A DNA stretch of 64,000 nucleotides from Azolla caroliniana (GCA_043228905.1 JBHGNT010000001.1:32674001-32738000); one strand, 5' to 3'. Shown: positions 24,139-39,980, counted from the stretch's first letter. Translations and numbers: made by a program. Notes: generated by a model from the sequence alone, not told the origin.

Positions 24139-25633
24139 GAACTTGGGCTATATTTTAAGCACCATAAAAATATTGCAATGTGTATGTATCCAAGAGAAAA
24201 TGCACAGGTTAGTGTCGTCAGCTCCAACAACCACCATGAAATCCTAAAAATGACTATGAGGTAGTAGAAAAGAAACACATGCTCCTTCCTTGTTGATTTC
24301 TATTTCCAGCTTTGTTTGCCTTCGCTGGTTTATTTCTAGCTTCATAAACTGTTATCCCAACAATATATGGATGACCCCTGGAATGCTTTGAAGCTCTGCA
24401 GGAGAGAAGGAAAACAAGAGCAGTGTCCTCTGGATTTCCAGTCTGAACATTATCTTCTTCTGCAACTGGCATCATCCGACATTGTTTTCATACATGAGAT
24501 CTATAACAAAAGTTTGCTGATTGTCTTGAAAAAAAGAGGTTACACTTGAATACAATGGCCTCTCCTTAGAAGTTAGCTATCCTCTAATCCAATACATGCA
24601 GATGGAAAAGCTGTGTACAAGTTGATGGAATACTCCTACTCAATACCCAGAAATGCAATAAAAAAAATTGTCTTTTCCCAAGCCAAATTTGATGATGATG
24701 ATGTGAACTAATAAGCAGATTCTCGGAAATAACCTTTTGATGTCAACTAAAAAGCTTCTGGCCTTCCCAAGTAGAAACTCGATCATGTGAATCAAACAAA
24801 GCTTCTCAGGTAAAGCTTCTCTCTCGGAAACAAAGATAATGTAAATGAGCCAATGTTTCTAGGAAAAGAACAAAAACTTCTCTTTTTACCAAGCCGAAGG
24901 CAATTTCATGAGATTTTATAAACAGAACACCAGTAAAACCCTCCTATTTTTCTGTTTTCCAAGAAAATGCTGACGAAATAGCTTCGATAAACACTGCTGA
25001 GCCAAAATCAATGCAACACGATCCTTGGATAACACTAAAGAACTTCTCTCTTTACCAAGACAAAGCCGATTGGGCAAGCTTCTGTAATAAAAGCAACAAA
25101 AAGGTTGCCTTTTTTCTGCAATAAGCTTGTGCAACAAGGATAAGAGAAAAGCTTCGTTCTCTGTCTGCTGTTTTTTTTCCAGAGAAGCTCCTTAGTCCCT
25201 TTCCTAAGCCAAAGACAAATATTCTGTGAACACAAAACGCCTTCTGGCAGGAACCTCTCAGAAACAATAAAAAAATAAAAAAATAAAAAGTCTTTCACTT
25301 TCAAAGGAGCGAAGATGATGCACCTCTCACCTCAGAGGCAATAAAAACAGGGATTTTTCTGCGTTTCAAGAAAAATCTGGGTCCCGTGAGCGAAGGAGAT
25401 ATTCAAGATAGATACATCGCTCAGAGGCAAGAAAAACAAAAAAAAAAAAAAGGATATATATATAGACTAAAGATAGAGAAAAATCTTAACAGGGAAGAGA
25501 AGAAAGCGAGAGAGGGAGGGAGGGAGGAGTCGGTACCAGAGAAGAATGATCTGTCGACTGTGATTCAGTCGCTTCGTCGAGCAGCAGAAGGCTGGAAGGA
25601 TGAAAGCAGTCGAAAGAAGGCAGGAGCGATGAA

Positions 25634-25701
25634 AGCAGCAGCAGCAGCAGCAGCAGAAGGAGAAGGAGAAGGAGAAGGAGAAGGAGAGGGAGAAGGAGAA
25701 G
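25634..25701. repeat. (GCA)n and (GAAGGA)n microsatellites in the probable first (5' UTR) exon of the HUA2-like gene
   Basis: Directly visible repeats. A minus-strand GT donor candidate lies at about 25535. Confidence 0.8.
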
Positions 25702-25731
25702 CCAGAGGTGTCAGCCTCAAACTGGGGTTCC

Positions 25732-25780
25732 TTTAACCAGAGTTAATATTTAACCAGAGTTAATATCTAACCTTAGTTAA
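25732..25780. promoter_or_regulatory. 17-bp direct repeats (TTAACCAGAGTTAATAT x2 plus a degenerate third) upstream of the HUA2-like 5' UTR
   Basis: Visible repeats at the putative core promoter. Regulatory function is inferred only from position. Confidence 0.35.
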
Positions 25781-25879
25781 ACAACCCCCCCCATTTCACG
25801 GCACCGTCAGTTATCCCTAACGATCGTTTTCATCGCCGTCAATCCCACCCCCCCCCCCCAAAAGCCAATTATATATTTT

Positions 25880-29400
<3,521 letters not shown>

Positions 29401-29889
29401 TCTACATAGTCATCGGTTATACATGCAATGCATAATCGGGTGAGTGTGGGAATCCTTGTTTCACCGCAAGGGTATTGTGCTGCCTACTCCAACTCAAAAG
29501 AGTGGCGAACGGGACAACGCACGTACACAAAGTGACTCCTACGATGTCTTTCTCGTTGGCACATCCATGACACCACACACATGGTATTGTATTGGCAAAA
29601 GAGCCAATGTGTCCGTGTATCTGGGTTTGTCCTGTTTGCCTTGATCAGTAGTCGGGCTCTGCGCGCCCAAAGATTCCAATGAGATTTTGGGAATGGGGGT
29701 AACCCATTCCGTTATACTTTCAACAAAATTCCCAAAATGCCCTCCCCCCCTCCCCCCCCCCCGGGCGTGTCTTGTGTATTGCCTCTCACTCACTCTGTTT
29801 TTCAGAGTCACTCATGCTAAACAGCAGCTCTCTCTCTTCTCTCTCTTCTTCGGAATGATGAGAGAAGCTACTGAAGGGATGCAGGAGAT

Positions 29890-32733
29890 ATGGTACCTCG
29901 TTGGATTAGGTCTGCATCCCTTTCATCGGGGATATCCCCATCTCTCTGCTCTCTTCCTGCTCCTCCTCCTCCTCAGAAGAAGAAGAACCAAGCTCACCTA
30001 TACAATCCAAGAAACCTCAAAGAAGGTCTCGATGTCTTCTCTTCATCCTCAGAAATGGTTACTTCTTTGCTCAATCTATGCAGAAAAAGACACGTTCAAG
30101 ACCCCTCCACGATCCATCTCGTCTATACTTACATTATCTTCCGTGGAATTCAGTTCAACTTTGTATTGGGCGAGACGCTTCTCCTCTCTCTAGCAAAATG
30201 CGGTGCTATTGAAGATGCTCAATATTTGCTTCATTATTGTTTGCAACAGAAATCCATCTTTGCTTGGACAGCTATCATCTCTGCTTATGTAGACCTTCGA
30301 AAGCCATTAGAAGCTCTGGAAAGCTATGACTATATGATGGTTAGAGATGGGATGGAACCTGATCTATACACTTTTGTTACGCTCTTTAAAGCTTGTGGAG
30401 ATATACCCAATCTCAAGGAAGGAAGAACTTTGCATATATATGCAGAGAAGAAAGGGTATGCTTCAGATTCCTTTGTTGCTTGCTCTCTCGTGAATATGTA
30501 TGGGAAATGTAGAAGCATCAAAGAAGCGGAAAAAGTGTTTTTAGAGATTGGTCACCGTGACATGCCCTCATGGAGTGCAATGCTTTCAGCATATCTAGAT
30601 GATGGTCAAGGTGCAAGGGCGATAATGCTTTATCGGCAAATCTTGGCTGAAGATCAAGGTACATTTGAACCATTGCTTATTCTTGCTCTCAAGGCTTGTG
30701 GATGCCTTGCAGAGGAGAGTGTGCCATGTCCACATGGTGACGAAGTCATACATGAGATTAATAAGGCATGTTCACATACGAAGGCCGTGGTTGCCCTAAA
30801 CATTGGTCAGGCATTGCATTCTCAAGCTTCGGTTTCAGTTTCCTATAATGTGTTTCTCAGCAGTGCCCTTGTACGCATGTATGGCAAATGTGGTGCGATT
30901 TCATATGCGGAGAATGCCTTCCTTCAGCTGCCCCAACATGATGATGTAATCTTATGGAATTCGATGCTTTCAGTTTATGTGGAACATGGCCTTGCAATTA
31001 AGGCCTTATGGCTTTATAAGGAGATGCACAAAGAGGGCATGCCGGTAGTTAGCAAGCAAACAATCACGATTGCTCTTCGAGCTTGCCAACATTTGTCCGC
31101 ACAAATGGTGCCGGACAAATTTCTAAACCTTGTTTATGCCTTTTGTGACGATATTGTGAAGAAAGATTTAGTTTCTAACGTTGCCATTGGTGGTGCTTTC
31201 ATAAGCCTATTAGGTAAGTGTGAGAGAATTGAAGACGCGGAGAGCATTTTTGGTGGGCTATCTAGACATGAGATCCTATCTTGGACTGAGATGGTGTCAG
31301 CATATGTAGAAAATGGGCATCCAGATAAGGCATTACAATTATATGGAAAGATAGCGAGGAATGATGTCAGTCCAGATCAGCATACCATTGCAATCAGCAT
31401 TCAAGCATGTAATATACATCTAGAAATAGAATACTCAACATTTCTTGAAAAGGACGCAATCCTCGAAATTGGCCATGCACTGCATGCCAAAGCTAGAAAG
31501 CATCATTTTGTTTCGAATGTCTATATTTCCAGCAGCCTTATAACCATGTATGGCAAATGTGGGCATATCCAAGAGGCCGAAAATCTATTCTTTGTCCGAT
31601 CCACCACACATAATGTTGTAACGTGGACAGCAATGCTTTCAGTTTATCTCGAACAAGGCCGAGAGTTAACGGTTCTTCAGTTTTACCTTGAGATGCAAAA
31701 GGAAGGCATTAGCCCTGATGAGCATGCATTCATGGTTGCCTTTCAAGCATGTGCCAAAATTGGAGAAGAAAAGGCCTCAGAGTTAGTTGTGATTGAAGGT
31801 CAATTGTCTAAATCAGTAGCTTTAGAGATTGGGAAGGGACTTCATGCTGATGCTGATAGAATGGGCTTTACATCAGATATACTGGTTGCTAGCACCCTTC
31901 TGAACATGTATGGGAAATGTGGTGACCTTATGGAGGCAGAGATGGTTTTCAATACAATATCACAACAAAACAATGTCTCATTATTCACTGCCATACTATC
32001 TGTATATGTTGAGCAAGGACAAGGCGACAAGGCCCTGCAGTTGTATGCAAACCAAAGGTATAATATTTTCTTTGACGACGTCATAGCAATTTGTATCTTG
32101 AAAGCTTGCAGCTTGACTGCAAACCTTGAAGTTTGTAGGCAAATTCACTTTGATATTGTTTCTACGGGGCTTTCTTGTGTCAAGTCAATGATCAATACTG
32201 CTCTTTATGCTTATGGATGTTGTGCAAGCATGGTGGATGCTATGGTTGTGATGGATGGACTACCACAGCCAGATATAGTATCTTGGAATTCATGCATTGG
32301 AACCAATGGAGAGAATACCATGACAAGTCTATGTATGTTTGAGACCATGCTATTAGCTGGAATTGAACCTGATGAGATCACGTTTCTTTTGGTTTTGTCC
32401 ACTTTCAGCCACATAGGTCTAATTGAGAAAGGAATAGAATGTTTTGAATCAATGAAGGAAAAGTATGGCTTGGTTCCCAATAAGAAACACTATGTCACAT
32501 TTATTGATCTCTTTGGTCGTGCTGGAAGCTTGGATCGGCTCAAAGATTTTATAAATATGCATGTCCTAATCAACTCTGATGTACTCAGTTGGGTATGTTT
32601 ACTCAGTGCTTGCGATAGACACGGTGATGTGGAGCTTGGAAAATATGTATTTGATCGTGTGGTAGATTTAGAACCTGATGAAACGGTTGCATATGTCTTG
32701 ATGTCCAATATCTATGCTTACGGGATTAACTGA
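29890..32733 (+). CDS. PLS-class pentatricopeptide repeat protein, intronless, ending in E1 plus truncated E2, no DYW
   Basis: 947-aa ORF with repeated P/L/S motifs (MYGKCG; WTAMLSVY), terminal P2-L2-S2 (HYVTFIDLFGRAG), E1 (WVCLLSACDRHGD) and YVLMSNIYA. The N-terminus resembles an organellar targeting peptide. Confidence 0.95.
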   Translation: MVPRWIRSASLSSGISPSLCSLPAPPPPQKKKNQAHLYNPRNLKEGLDVFSSSSEMVTSLLNLCRKRHVQDPSTIHLVYTYIIFRGIQFNFVLGETLLLSLAKCGAIEDAQYLLHYCLQQKSIFAWTAIISAYVDLRKPLEALESYDYMMVRDGMEPDLYTFVTLFKACGDIPNLKEGRTLHIYAEKKGYASDSFVACSLVNMYGKCRSIKEAEKVFLEIGHRDMPSWSAMLSAYLDDGQGARAIMLYRQILAEDQGTFEPLLILALKACGCLAEESVPCPHGDEVIHEINKACSHTKAVVALNIGQALHSQASVSVSYNVFLSSALVRMYGKCGAISYAENAFLQLPQHDDVILWNSMLSVYVEHGLAIKALWLYKEMHKEGMPVVSKQTITIALRACQHLSAQMVPDKFLNLVYAFCDDIVKKDLVSNVAIGGAFISLLGKCERIEDAESIFGGLSRHEILSWTEMVSAYVENGHPDKALQLYGKIARNDVSPDQHTIAISIQACNIHLEIEYSTFLEKDAILEIGHALHAKARKHHFVSNVYISSSLITMYGKCGHIQEAENLFFVRSTTHNVVTWTAMLSVYLEQGRELTVLQFYLEMQKEGISPDEHAFMVAFQACAKIGEEKASELVVIEGQLSKSVALEIGKGLHADADRMGFTSDILVASTLLNMYGKCGDLMEAEMVFNTISQQNNVSLFTAILSVYVEQGQGDKALQLYANQRYNIFFDDVIAICILKACSLTANLEVCRQIHFDIVSTGLSCVKSMINTALYAYGCCASMVDAMVVMDGLPQPDIVSWNSCIGTNGENTMTSLCMFETMLLAGIEPDEITFLLVLSTFSHIGLIEKGIECFESMKEKYGLVPNKKHYVTFIDLFGRAGSLDRLKDFINMHVLINSDVLSWVCLLSACDRHGDVELGKYVFDRVVDLEPDETVAYVLMSNIYAYGIN

Positions 32734-34057
32734 GCTCAAGCTAATTTAACACTGAAAAACCAGCTGTCATGAAGCTTGATGTCTAATGTCTGTATTTAGA
32801 CGGTGAGCAAACTAAGCTTTGGCATGATGCATGGACTCGAGCAAAGTAGGGGCATCATCATCCAAGAATAGCAAATGAACAAAAACTTTGAATTTTGCAC
32901 CACACTACCAAAGTTAATGAATGGAAGTAGCACCTGTAATGTGCAGAGAATTAACTCTGGGTACTATTGAGATCTAACCAGTTGGTAGTGCTCTTAGAAT
33001 AGACAAATGCCCAAATTGTGTTTATGATATATGGTTTAGCACCCATCAGAAAATTGCAAGATCTACATAATGTTCTTGCTGATACGTATATACTACTCTG
33101 ATGTTGGAGATCATTCTGCTTCTTCTTTGACTTGGCTTTGACTACACCACAGAGCACATAAGTGAGTTTCAAAATCTTCCTAGGCAAATGAGCAAATGCG
33201 CATTTCCAGATAATCAAATAATCAGAATCTGACTTTCAATTTCAAATAAAAAAGATGTTGATGACTAGAAAAGAAGTATAAACAATTTTTCTGTGATTGT
33301 GATAACATTTCAATCATTTATTTCACATTGCAAGCAATGTCTGTGGTCACAGATTACTAATCTCAATTGATGTACTGTCTGGATACAACTTAAATCCTAA
33401 TCAATCCTAATCCACTGGAATACATAATTATATCTTGTTTTTGTGGAAGGTGGCAAAGAATTTTTTGATTTAGCCACTAAACTAACTCTGTATCACGGAT
33501 TTTGTTTCAGAAGCAAATATAAACAATTAGCTTAGTCTAACACAGCTACTATGTATGAATGATTATAAGACAAGCTCATTGATATAAAACGACCAATAAT
33601 AATATAAATCCCACTAATCATCTTATTATTAACAAATAAAAAAGATCTGAAATTTATATGAGCCCTGTATATTAACAGAATCGTTAAAAATATACAATGT
33701 CTTTTTAAATGGTATAGGGTTAGCTTAATTAAATAACTTAATTAAAGCTAACCTTGCCCCTCAAAACGGCCGCCCTCTAATTTATGCTTTTACTCCAGTT
33801 TGCCCCATCTCAAGGTTTTGAGCATCAAAATAGAGCATTCAAACAAATGTAGGGTTGCCAACCTTTTACATCTAAATATATATAAGAGACGTAAGATGGA
33901 AATGTACAATAGTGCAACGAATTCAAATGCAAATTCTATAAGAGTGACGCATCATGATTTTGAGTTGATCATAATGATGTGTTTTTTGAAGTAACCATTT
34001 GTGAACAATAGAATAGCTACAGACTCCTTCCTTTGTATGACTGGCAAATCTCAATTA

Positions 34058-37000
34058 CTATTCTGCTGTTTCAGTCATTTCCACAATCAAAGTTTTTACA
34101 TCCCTACAAAAATACAAAATTAGGAATCTAAGAAATTTAAATTTGAACTCATGAGAATTCAGATATTAGACTAAAACTTACTTCCTATTCTCAGCTGGTC
34201 TTGGGAATGGAATTCTAAGCTTCATCGGTTTGCCTTGAAATCCAATCTGGTCAATAAGTTAAGAAAGGTAACAATACACACATCTTTACACAGCCAAAAC
34301 CTTAAAGTTCAATTAGTATGGCAATGCCATTATCCATACTTTTTAGATATCTGTCAGCCATTTATATCTATGAACCATGAATTACTAATGCTGATTAATC
34401 ATGAAGGTCACATATGAATGTCAGGTGGTGGATGGACACAAAGTAAAGTTAGGTGAGTGAAGTGAAACAAATCTTCACATGCCTGCTCTAAGGATTAGTA
34501 AGAGAGATTAGATGGGCTCATTAAATAGGTGATCATTGTGGGAGTGCTTCAGAAATCATATGAAAGGTACAAACCATTAAATGAGTATATGGATATTCCG
34601 AAAAGGAAAATAAAAATCCCTACTTTTCCCTAAGAAAATTGCACCATATTCGAGAAGCCCCAAAAGAACTCATCAAAATCCCTACTTTTCTCTTGAAACT
34701 TTGGATGCCTTACAGCATCTTTGGCAGGGCTTTGATATACTTCATGCATTCAAGGCATAATGGTCTGAAATTCTAAATCACACCCGTGGTTCATCAGCTT
34801 TCTTTCGATGCACACTCCTCCGACCGTTGAATGATGAGATAATAGTCCAACATTTTGATACATTCTTGCAACATTTAAATTTGTTTGCTTCTAGTACTTT
34901 GTAAGTTAGGATGATAGATAAGAGTCATTCAACATTTTGATGATCCAACAATCTAGGATGAACCAACCTAGACCAACCTAGAATGTAATATTTCCATCAA
35001 TGCCACATTCCTATCAAGATTATTTCCCACTTCTGATGGTGCCAGTCATAAACCCCTTTTTATGTAGGAGCTTCCATTAGGGGTGTGTGTGGATAAAGGC
35101 TGGAATTGAACAATCTGATAGGTCACTGCCACTTAACCATAGGGAGTTTGGGAATGGCCGAGTTCCTCCTGGAAATATTTGCGTCAGTTGCTGGCTGCAT
35201 GGGCATCATCAGGATCAAAAGAGGGTATGGGAGTTCATATTCCAGAACCATCAGCATAGCACTGGGAAGAATAATGATAGTGCAAACATTTCCTTCAAGA
35301 AATTTTGTCCCTAGCATAGGTTCCAAAATAGCTTGACTGTAGTGATGATTCCACAGGACTTTTATATGTTCCCCTTATAGCAGTCACATTGGAGATCAGG
35401 ACATGTAGTTTTTGTAATTTCTCTCTATCATTCTCGGATTAGCGGTTTTCATAAATCATGAGATTGCTCCCCCATTTATCACCTAGGTCACCTTGACTAC
35501 AGAAGCTTATTACAATGAAAACTATACAGAAACATGTGGTAAAGTGGGTCTCTTTCATTTTCGCACCTGAACATTCAGTCCCAATCGGTCCAAGTCAACA
35601 ATCTTTGCATTTTCCACCTACACAAAACACAGAATAAGAACCCTTCAATCATTCCATTTTCGTGAAAAAGCAATAATACTCTGTATATAAGAATAAGAAC
35701 CTTTCAACTGTTTTATTCATATAAAAAGTGATATTTGTTATCTCACCTTCACACCCAAAGCTTTCTCCACCATAAATTTTGTCTCGTCAGCATGATCTTT
35801 GTTCATATGAGCCTACTCTTCAAGAAATATAGAAGCAAGAAAATTTAGATGACGAAACAGGAGACATTACATCTTACATGTAAAACATATGTTACCGCTA
35901 TGGGTGCTGAAAATTCTGAAATGAAATCTACTTTTGCACTTCTGAATTCATCCCCAGAAAACTCTGTTAAAAGATATGTCAGACTTCTTTAGCTGTCTAT
36001 CATTGTTAGATTCAGTTATATTACTATAAAGGCTGATCTTCTTATTTTCAAAATGAAAGAGGATGCTTTCATGAACCAAGTCAACCTCGAGACCATGAAA
36101 ATATTACTATAAAGGCTGATCTTCTTATTTTCAAAATGAAAGAGGATGCATCCTTTGTTTTTTGGTGTGTTAAAAAAAAGGTTATACAGATTTACATTAT
36201 CTACGCCAACTTAAGCTTATCCAGCCAAGTTCACTAAATGCTATCTCCTTAATGACAGACTTATATAGTTGTAATATTTCAAGAATAAAACACTGCGATC
36301 CATCCATGAGTGAACAAAGGACAGTGGGGGAAGAATACGCGCCAAATTTTCGACAAGAAAATAACAATAGTCAAGAATTAGAATAGCAAGAATAACTATT
36401 CTCAAATTTACTGGAGGATCTACAGGCTTTCCTATAACTAATGGACCTATTGTACTCAAGCTATTTTCCTCTCTCATTAAACTATACCAACCAGAAGCAA
36501 ATAGTTTAAAGCAAATAATCACCTCCATTTCTGTTAAATGGAGTAGCACTTCCTGTTAAGAAGCGGACATATTTTGGCTCAATGCGCAGGAACTTGAAAT
36601 CTCCAAAATCCACCTTCAAATATTAGAAACAAAGATAATTCATCAGACCTAAAGAATATATTTAGTCCATCAATGCAGAGGTAGTCGGTTCCTACCCAAA
36701 AAGCATCAGGATGCTTGGAAAGGAAGATGTCACGCACTCTTCTCTGATCATGTTCAGGTACCTAAGATAAAGCATCAAAATTCAATTGGCCAAATATGAT
36801 ATTACGCACTGGAAAAAAGGATGTTCAAATTATGTAAATGAATCCAGGTGTATGTACTGAAATTTTAAAGAGTTATTTAAGCTGACACACAAGACAATTA
36901 GCTCATTTCCGATTCAAAACTCCACATGTGGTATTTTAAGGCCGTGTAAGAACTTGGGCTGCATGGGCGTTATTCTGAACCTTGGCAAGAACAAAGGTTA

Positions 37001-39346
37001 TGAAATCAACAACATTGGTGTGCAGCAGAAGCAGAGGCCAAGTATGAGTATGTTACAAATGTTCGAAACAGCACAAATCTCTAAATTTTGTGAAAGAAAG
37101 CAGATGATGTTCTGGACAAAGGAGCTAGAATATACTTTGGGTTATTTATATGTACTACACATTAAATGTGGCTAAAAGTCGTAATTAGACTCCAAATTAC
37201 ACAAGATCGATAAACTTACCTCTACTGCCTCACCGATATATGTGACAACCACGTCACTTCTGTCAAGTTTATCTTTCATAATTAGTAACGAACATTTGGG
37301 TGTCTTTTGCAAATCCTGTGTCAATGTACCATAGAAAGATAAATCACACTATGTTCTACTTAGACAATTTCTCCAAAAAATAATTGATATCGCTACTATT
37401 CTTATGTAGCTTTACATTTTGGAAAACCAAGAGACATAAAAAAGGTGATCCCAGTGTCCATAATATAAACTGGAGTATGAAATATGAAAAGTGGAGATAC
37501 ATTCATTTTTTTCTGTATATTATATGCATAAAAATTCTTCGTAATTTTGCACAGCCAAAATTCTAAGTGAAGAACGAAGAGAATGAAATATTAGTATGAC
37601 ACAAGATTATCCGCAATTGTTTTTAGAAGATACTGTAAATTGGATCATCTTTAACCTCACACAATTCAAAGCCTAGTTGATTTTTTGAAGGATGGGGAAC
37701 CATTTGATAGGAATAGCAACAACCGTACCTTGGTATGCAGTGAAAGACTACTAACTGCAGTAATTAAGCTTCCATCTTGCTCTGCAGCAATATCAAGAAG
37801 TGAAGTATATGGGAAGCCTTCATATTTCTGTTACAAACTATGAATGTTCATGTTAAAAATGGAGAATTCACAATGCACAGAATGAAGAAAATATGATATA
37901 GACTCTCTTGCCTTCCAAACAGACTGTAAATTTCTTGTTGAGAATAGAACATAAAAAATTCCTCTTTTATAGTAAAGACAATGAGAATATTAGGCTTTAC
38001 CTGTGAAACAGTTGACACGAAAGCATTTAAAGTTTTATTTATAAGAGTGCGCGATTCCTCAACAATAGAAAGTCTTGCTGCTTCTTTCTGCATAGCAGTG
38101 CAATCAATCAATGGCACTTGTGAGGATACAAAATGAACATGCATATAAAGAATTGTATTACGCTGAAGATTTACAAGAAATTAATGAGAATTGAGAAATA
38201 ACATGGAGATAATCTATAAATACAATCTTATTAAGACTAAAATAAACTACCCTCATGAGTAATCTGGCCTACCATCACCAATGATCATAATAGTTTTAGC
38301 AGCTATCATTTGGATGAGAAAATATATTGTGAACATTACATTTCTTTATATCTTTTTATAAGATAGCATTTTCAAAATATATTCCATGTACATATAGCTA
38401 TGGTTTAAAGAAAAGTGATATTGATTGATTCACACTATAAAAAATATACGTTTGAGGCATGTACAAAACATAGCTTATGTCCAAAGACAAATATCTGTAT
38501 GAGATGAGAAGAAAACGCAATAAAATATTCTATGAGTTTCAGCAAATGTTCTTACTTGATGTGCTATGACACACTCCCAGAACTCGTGTTCTTCCTTCTC
38601 ATTTGCAGTCTGCAGAAGTGAAAACAAAGGACAAATTTTGCAAGCATACATATGAAGTATAGATTTTAGGGGATACATTATATTGCTTCCTTCATCACGC
38701 ATATATCTCCATAAGGTCAAAAGGCTACAATTAGAGGAATGATACATACGAAAAAATTGTATTCAAGAAAGTTGGGCATCAAAATTCTAAATTTTTTATA
38801 TGACTTCAACAGGAAAGTATATTTTTATATTTATATAAGATTACCTCACACAAATACAATGGTCAATTCTTCAATTCCTAGATGGCAATGCAAGATGTTG
38901 ACTTCTCTCCTAAAGCAAAAACCTGAAGTTCTTTGCATATCAAGGTTGAACTCGTGGTAAATAGCATAGATAGCTTCAAATTTTGGGAAATGGATTACAT
39001 ATCCTCGAATACGTTTATCTTTCTAAGATTTATGAACTAAGCAGAGAAGCAAAAGCTATGAATTAAGAGAAGTTTTAGTATTAAGAACTAAGAAAAGATC
39101 GGAAGAGAAAGCAGGATTTAAATTGGAAACAATGATGAGAATCAAGCAACTAACCTGCGAAGGTGAAGCAGTATTGGTTGTCATGTTAGAGACCATAAAT
39201 CGTTGATAGTGAGGGAGACAGCGTCGGGGTGAAGGTGGAAAAAGGTTGAGGTTGAAGGAAGGAAATGAGGAGAGCCCAAATGAAGAAGAATGGTGGTTTG
39301 GCGATAAAGGGCGAAGCCAAAAGTTCCGGGTAGCAGAAATGGCCAT
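34058..39346 (-). CDS. HOZ: HOZ/HugZ-like plastid heme-binding protein (pyridoxamine 5'-phosphate oxidase-like split barrel); 12 exons: 39346-39155, 38609-38556, 38087-38001, 37827-37729, 37315-37220, 36761-36696, 36613-36523, 35963-35896, 35812-35747, 35617-35567, 34246-34182, 34103-34058
   Basis: A transit-peptide-like N-terminus is followed by AHQKEAARLSIVEESRT..SQKYEGFP..AVSSLSLHTKDL..PKCSLL..KHPDAFWVDFGDF..HMNKDH..LDRLG..LRIPFPRPAENRKDVKTLIVEM. This is colinear with Arabidopsis HOZ (At3g03890) as I recall it. Confidence 0.88.
36019..36149. repeat. About 48-bp direct repeat in a HOZ intron
   Basis: TATTACTATAAAGGCTGATCTTCTTATTTTCAAAATGAAAGAGGATGC occurs at about 36019 and about 36102. 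Confidence 0.85.
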
Positions 39347-39549
39347 GGCCCAGGGTCTGTCTCGTTTGAAAAGGAGAGAACTCTGCTAGTTCAAAACGAA
39401 ATCTCTCTCTCTCCTTCCAGAGTTATTGGAGGAGGGATTGGGAGGGTATTTGATCAAAAAACACGTAAAACAAGGGGAAAGAATGAAACCACACACCCAA
39501 TCAAACCACTGCCTGCCTGCTTTCTATGACCTTATAAGGCCCTCGGGCC

Positions 39550-39817
39550 TCCCCTGTTTCCAAGCTTTTTGTTTGTGTTATACCATATATGTATGTATGT
39601 ATCTATCTATCTATCCATCTCTCTCTATATATCTATCTATTTATTTCCCCTGTTTCCAAGCTTTTTGTTTGTGTTCTATCATATATGTATGTATGTATGT
39701 ATGTATGTAGCTATCTAATGTATGTATGTATCCATCTCTCTCTATATATCTATCTATTTATTTCCCCTGTTTCCAAGCTTTTTGTTTGTGTTATAACTTA
39801 TATCATATATGTATGTA

Positions 39818-39872
<55 letters not shown>

Positions 39873-39923
39873 ATTTCTCCTGATTCCAAGTTTTTTGTTT
39901 GTGTTATATCATATATGTATCTA

Positions 39924-39956
<33 letters not shown>

Positions 39957-39980
39957 CTCTCTCTATCTATCTATTTCTAC
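39550..39980. repeat. Compound minisatellite: CCCCTGTTTCCAAGCTTTTTGTTTGTGTT anchor x4 separated by expanding (TATG)n/(TATC)n/(TC)n tracts, directly upstream of HOZ
   Basis: The anchor occurs at about 39551, 39647 and 39763, with a diverged copy at about 39877. Confidence 0.88.

Noticed and set aside
35040-35500. Nested gene in the long HOZ intron (overlapping short ORFs)
   Set aside because: No recognisable domain or splice structure. It is probably a decayed TE fragment that I cannot classify.
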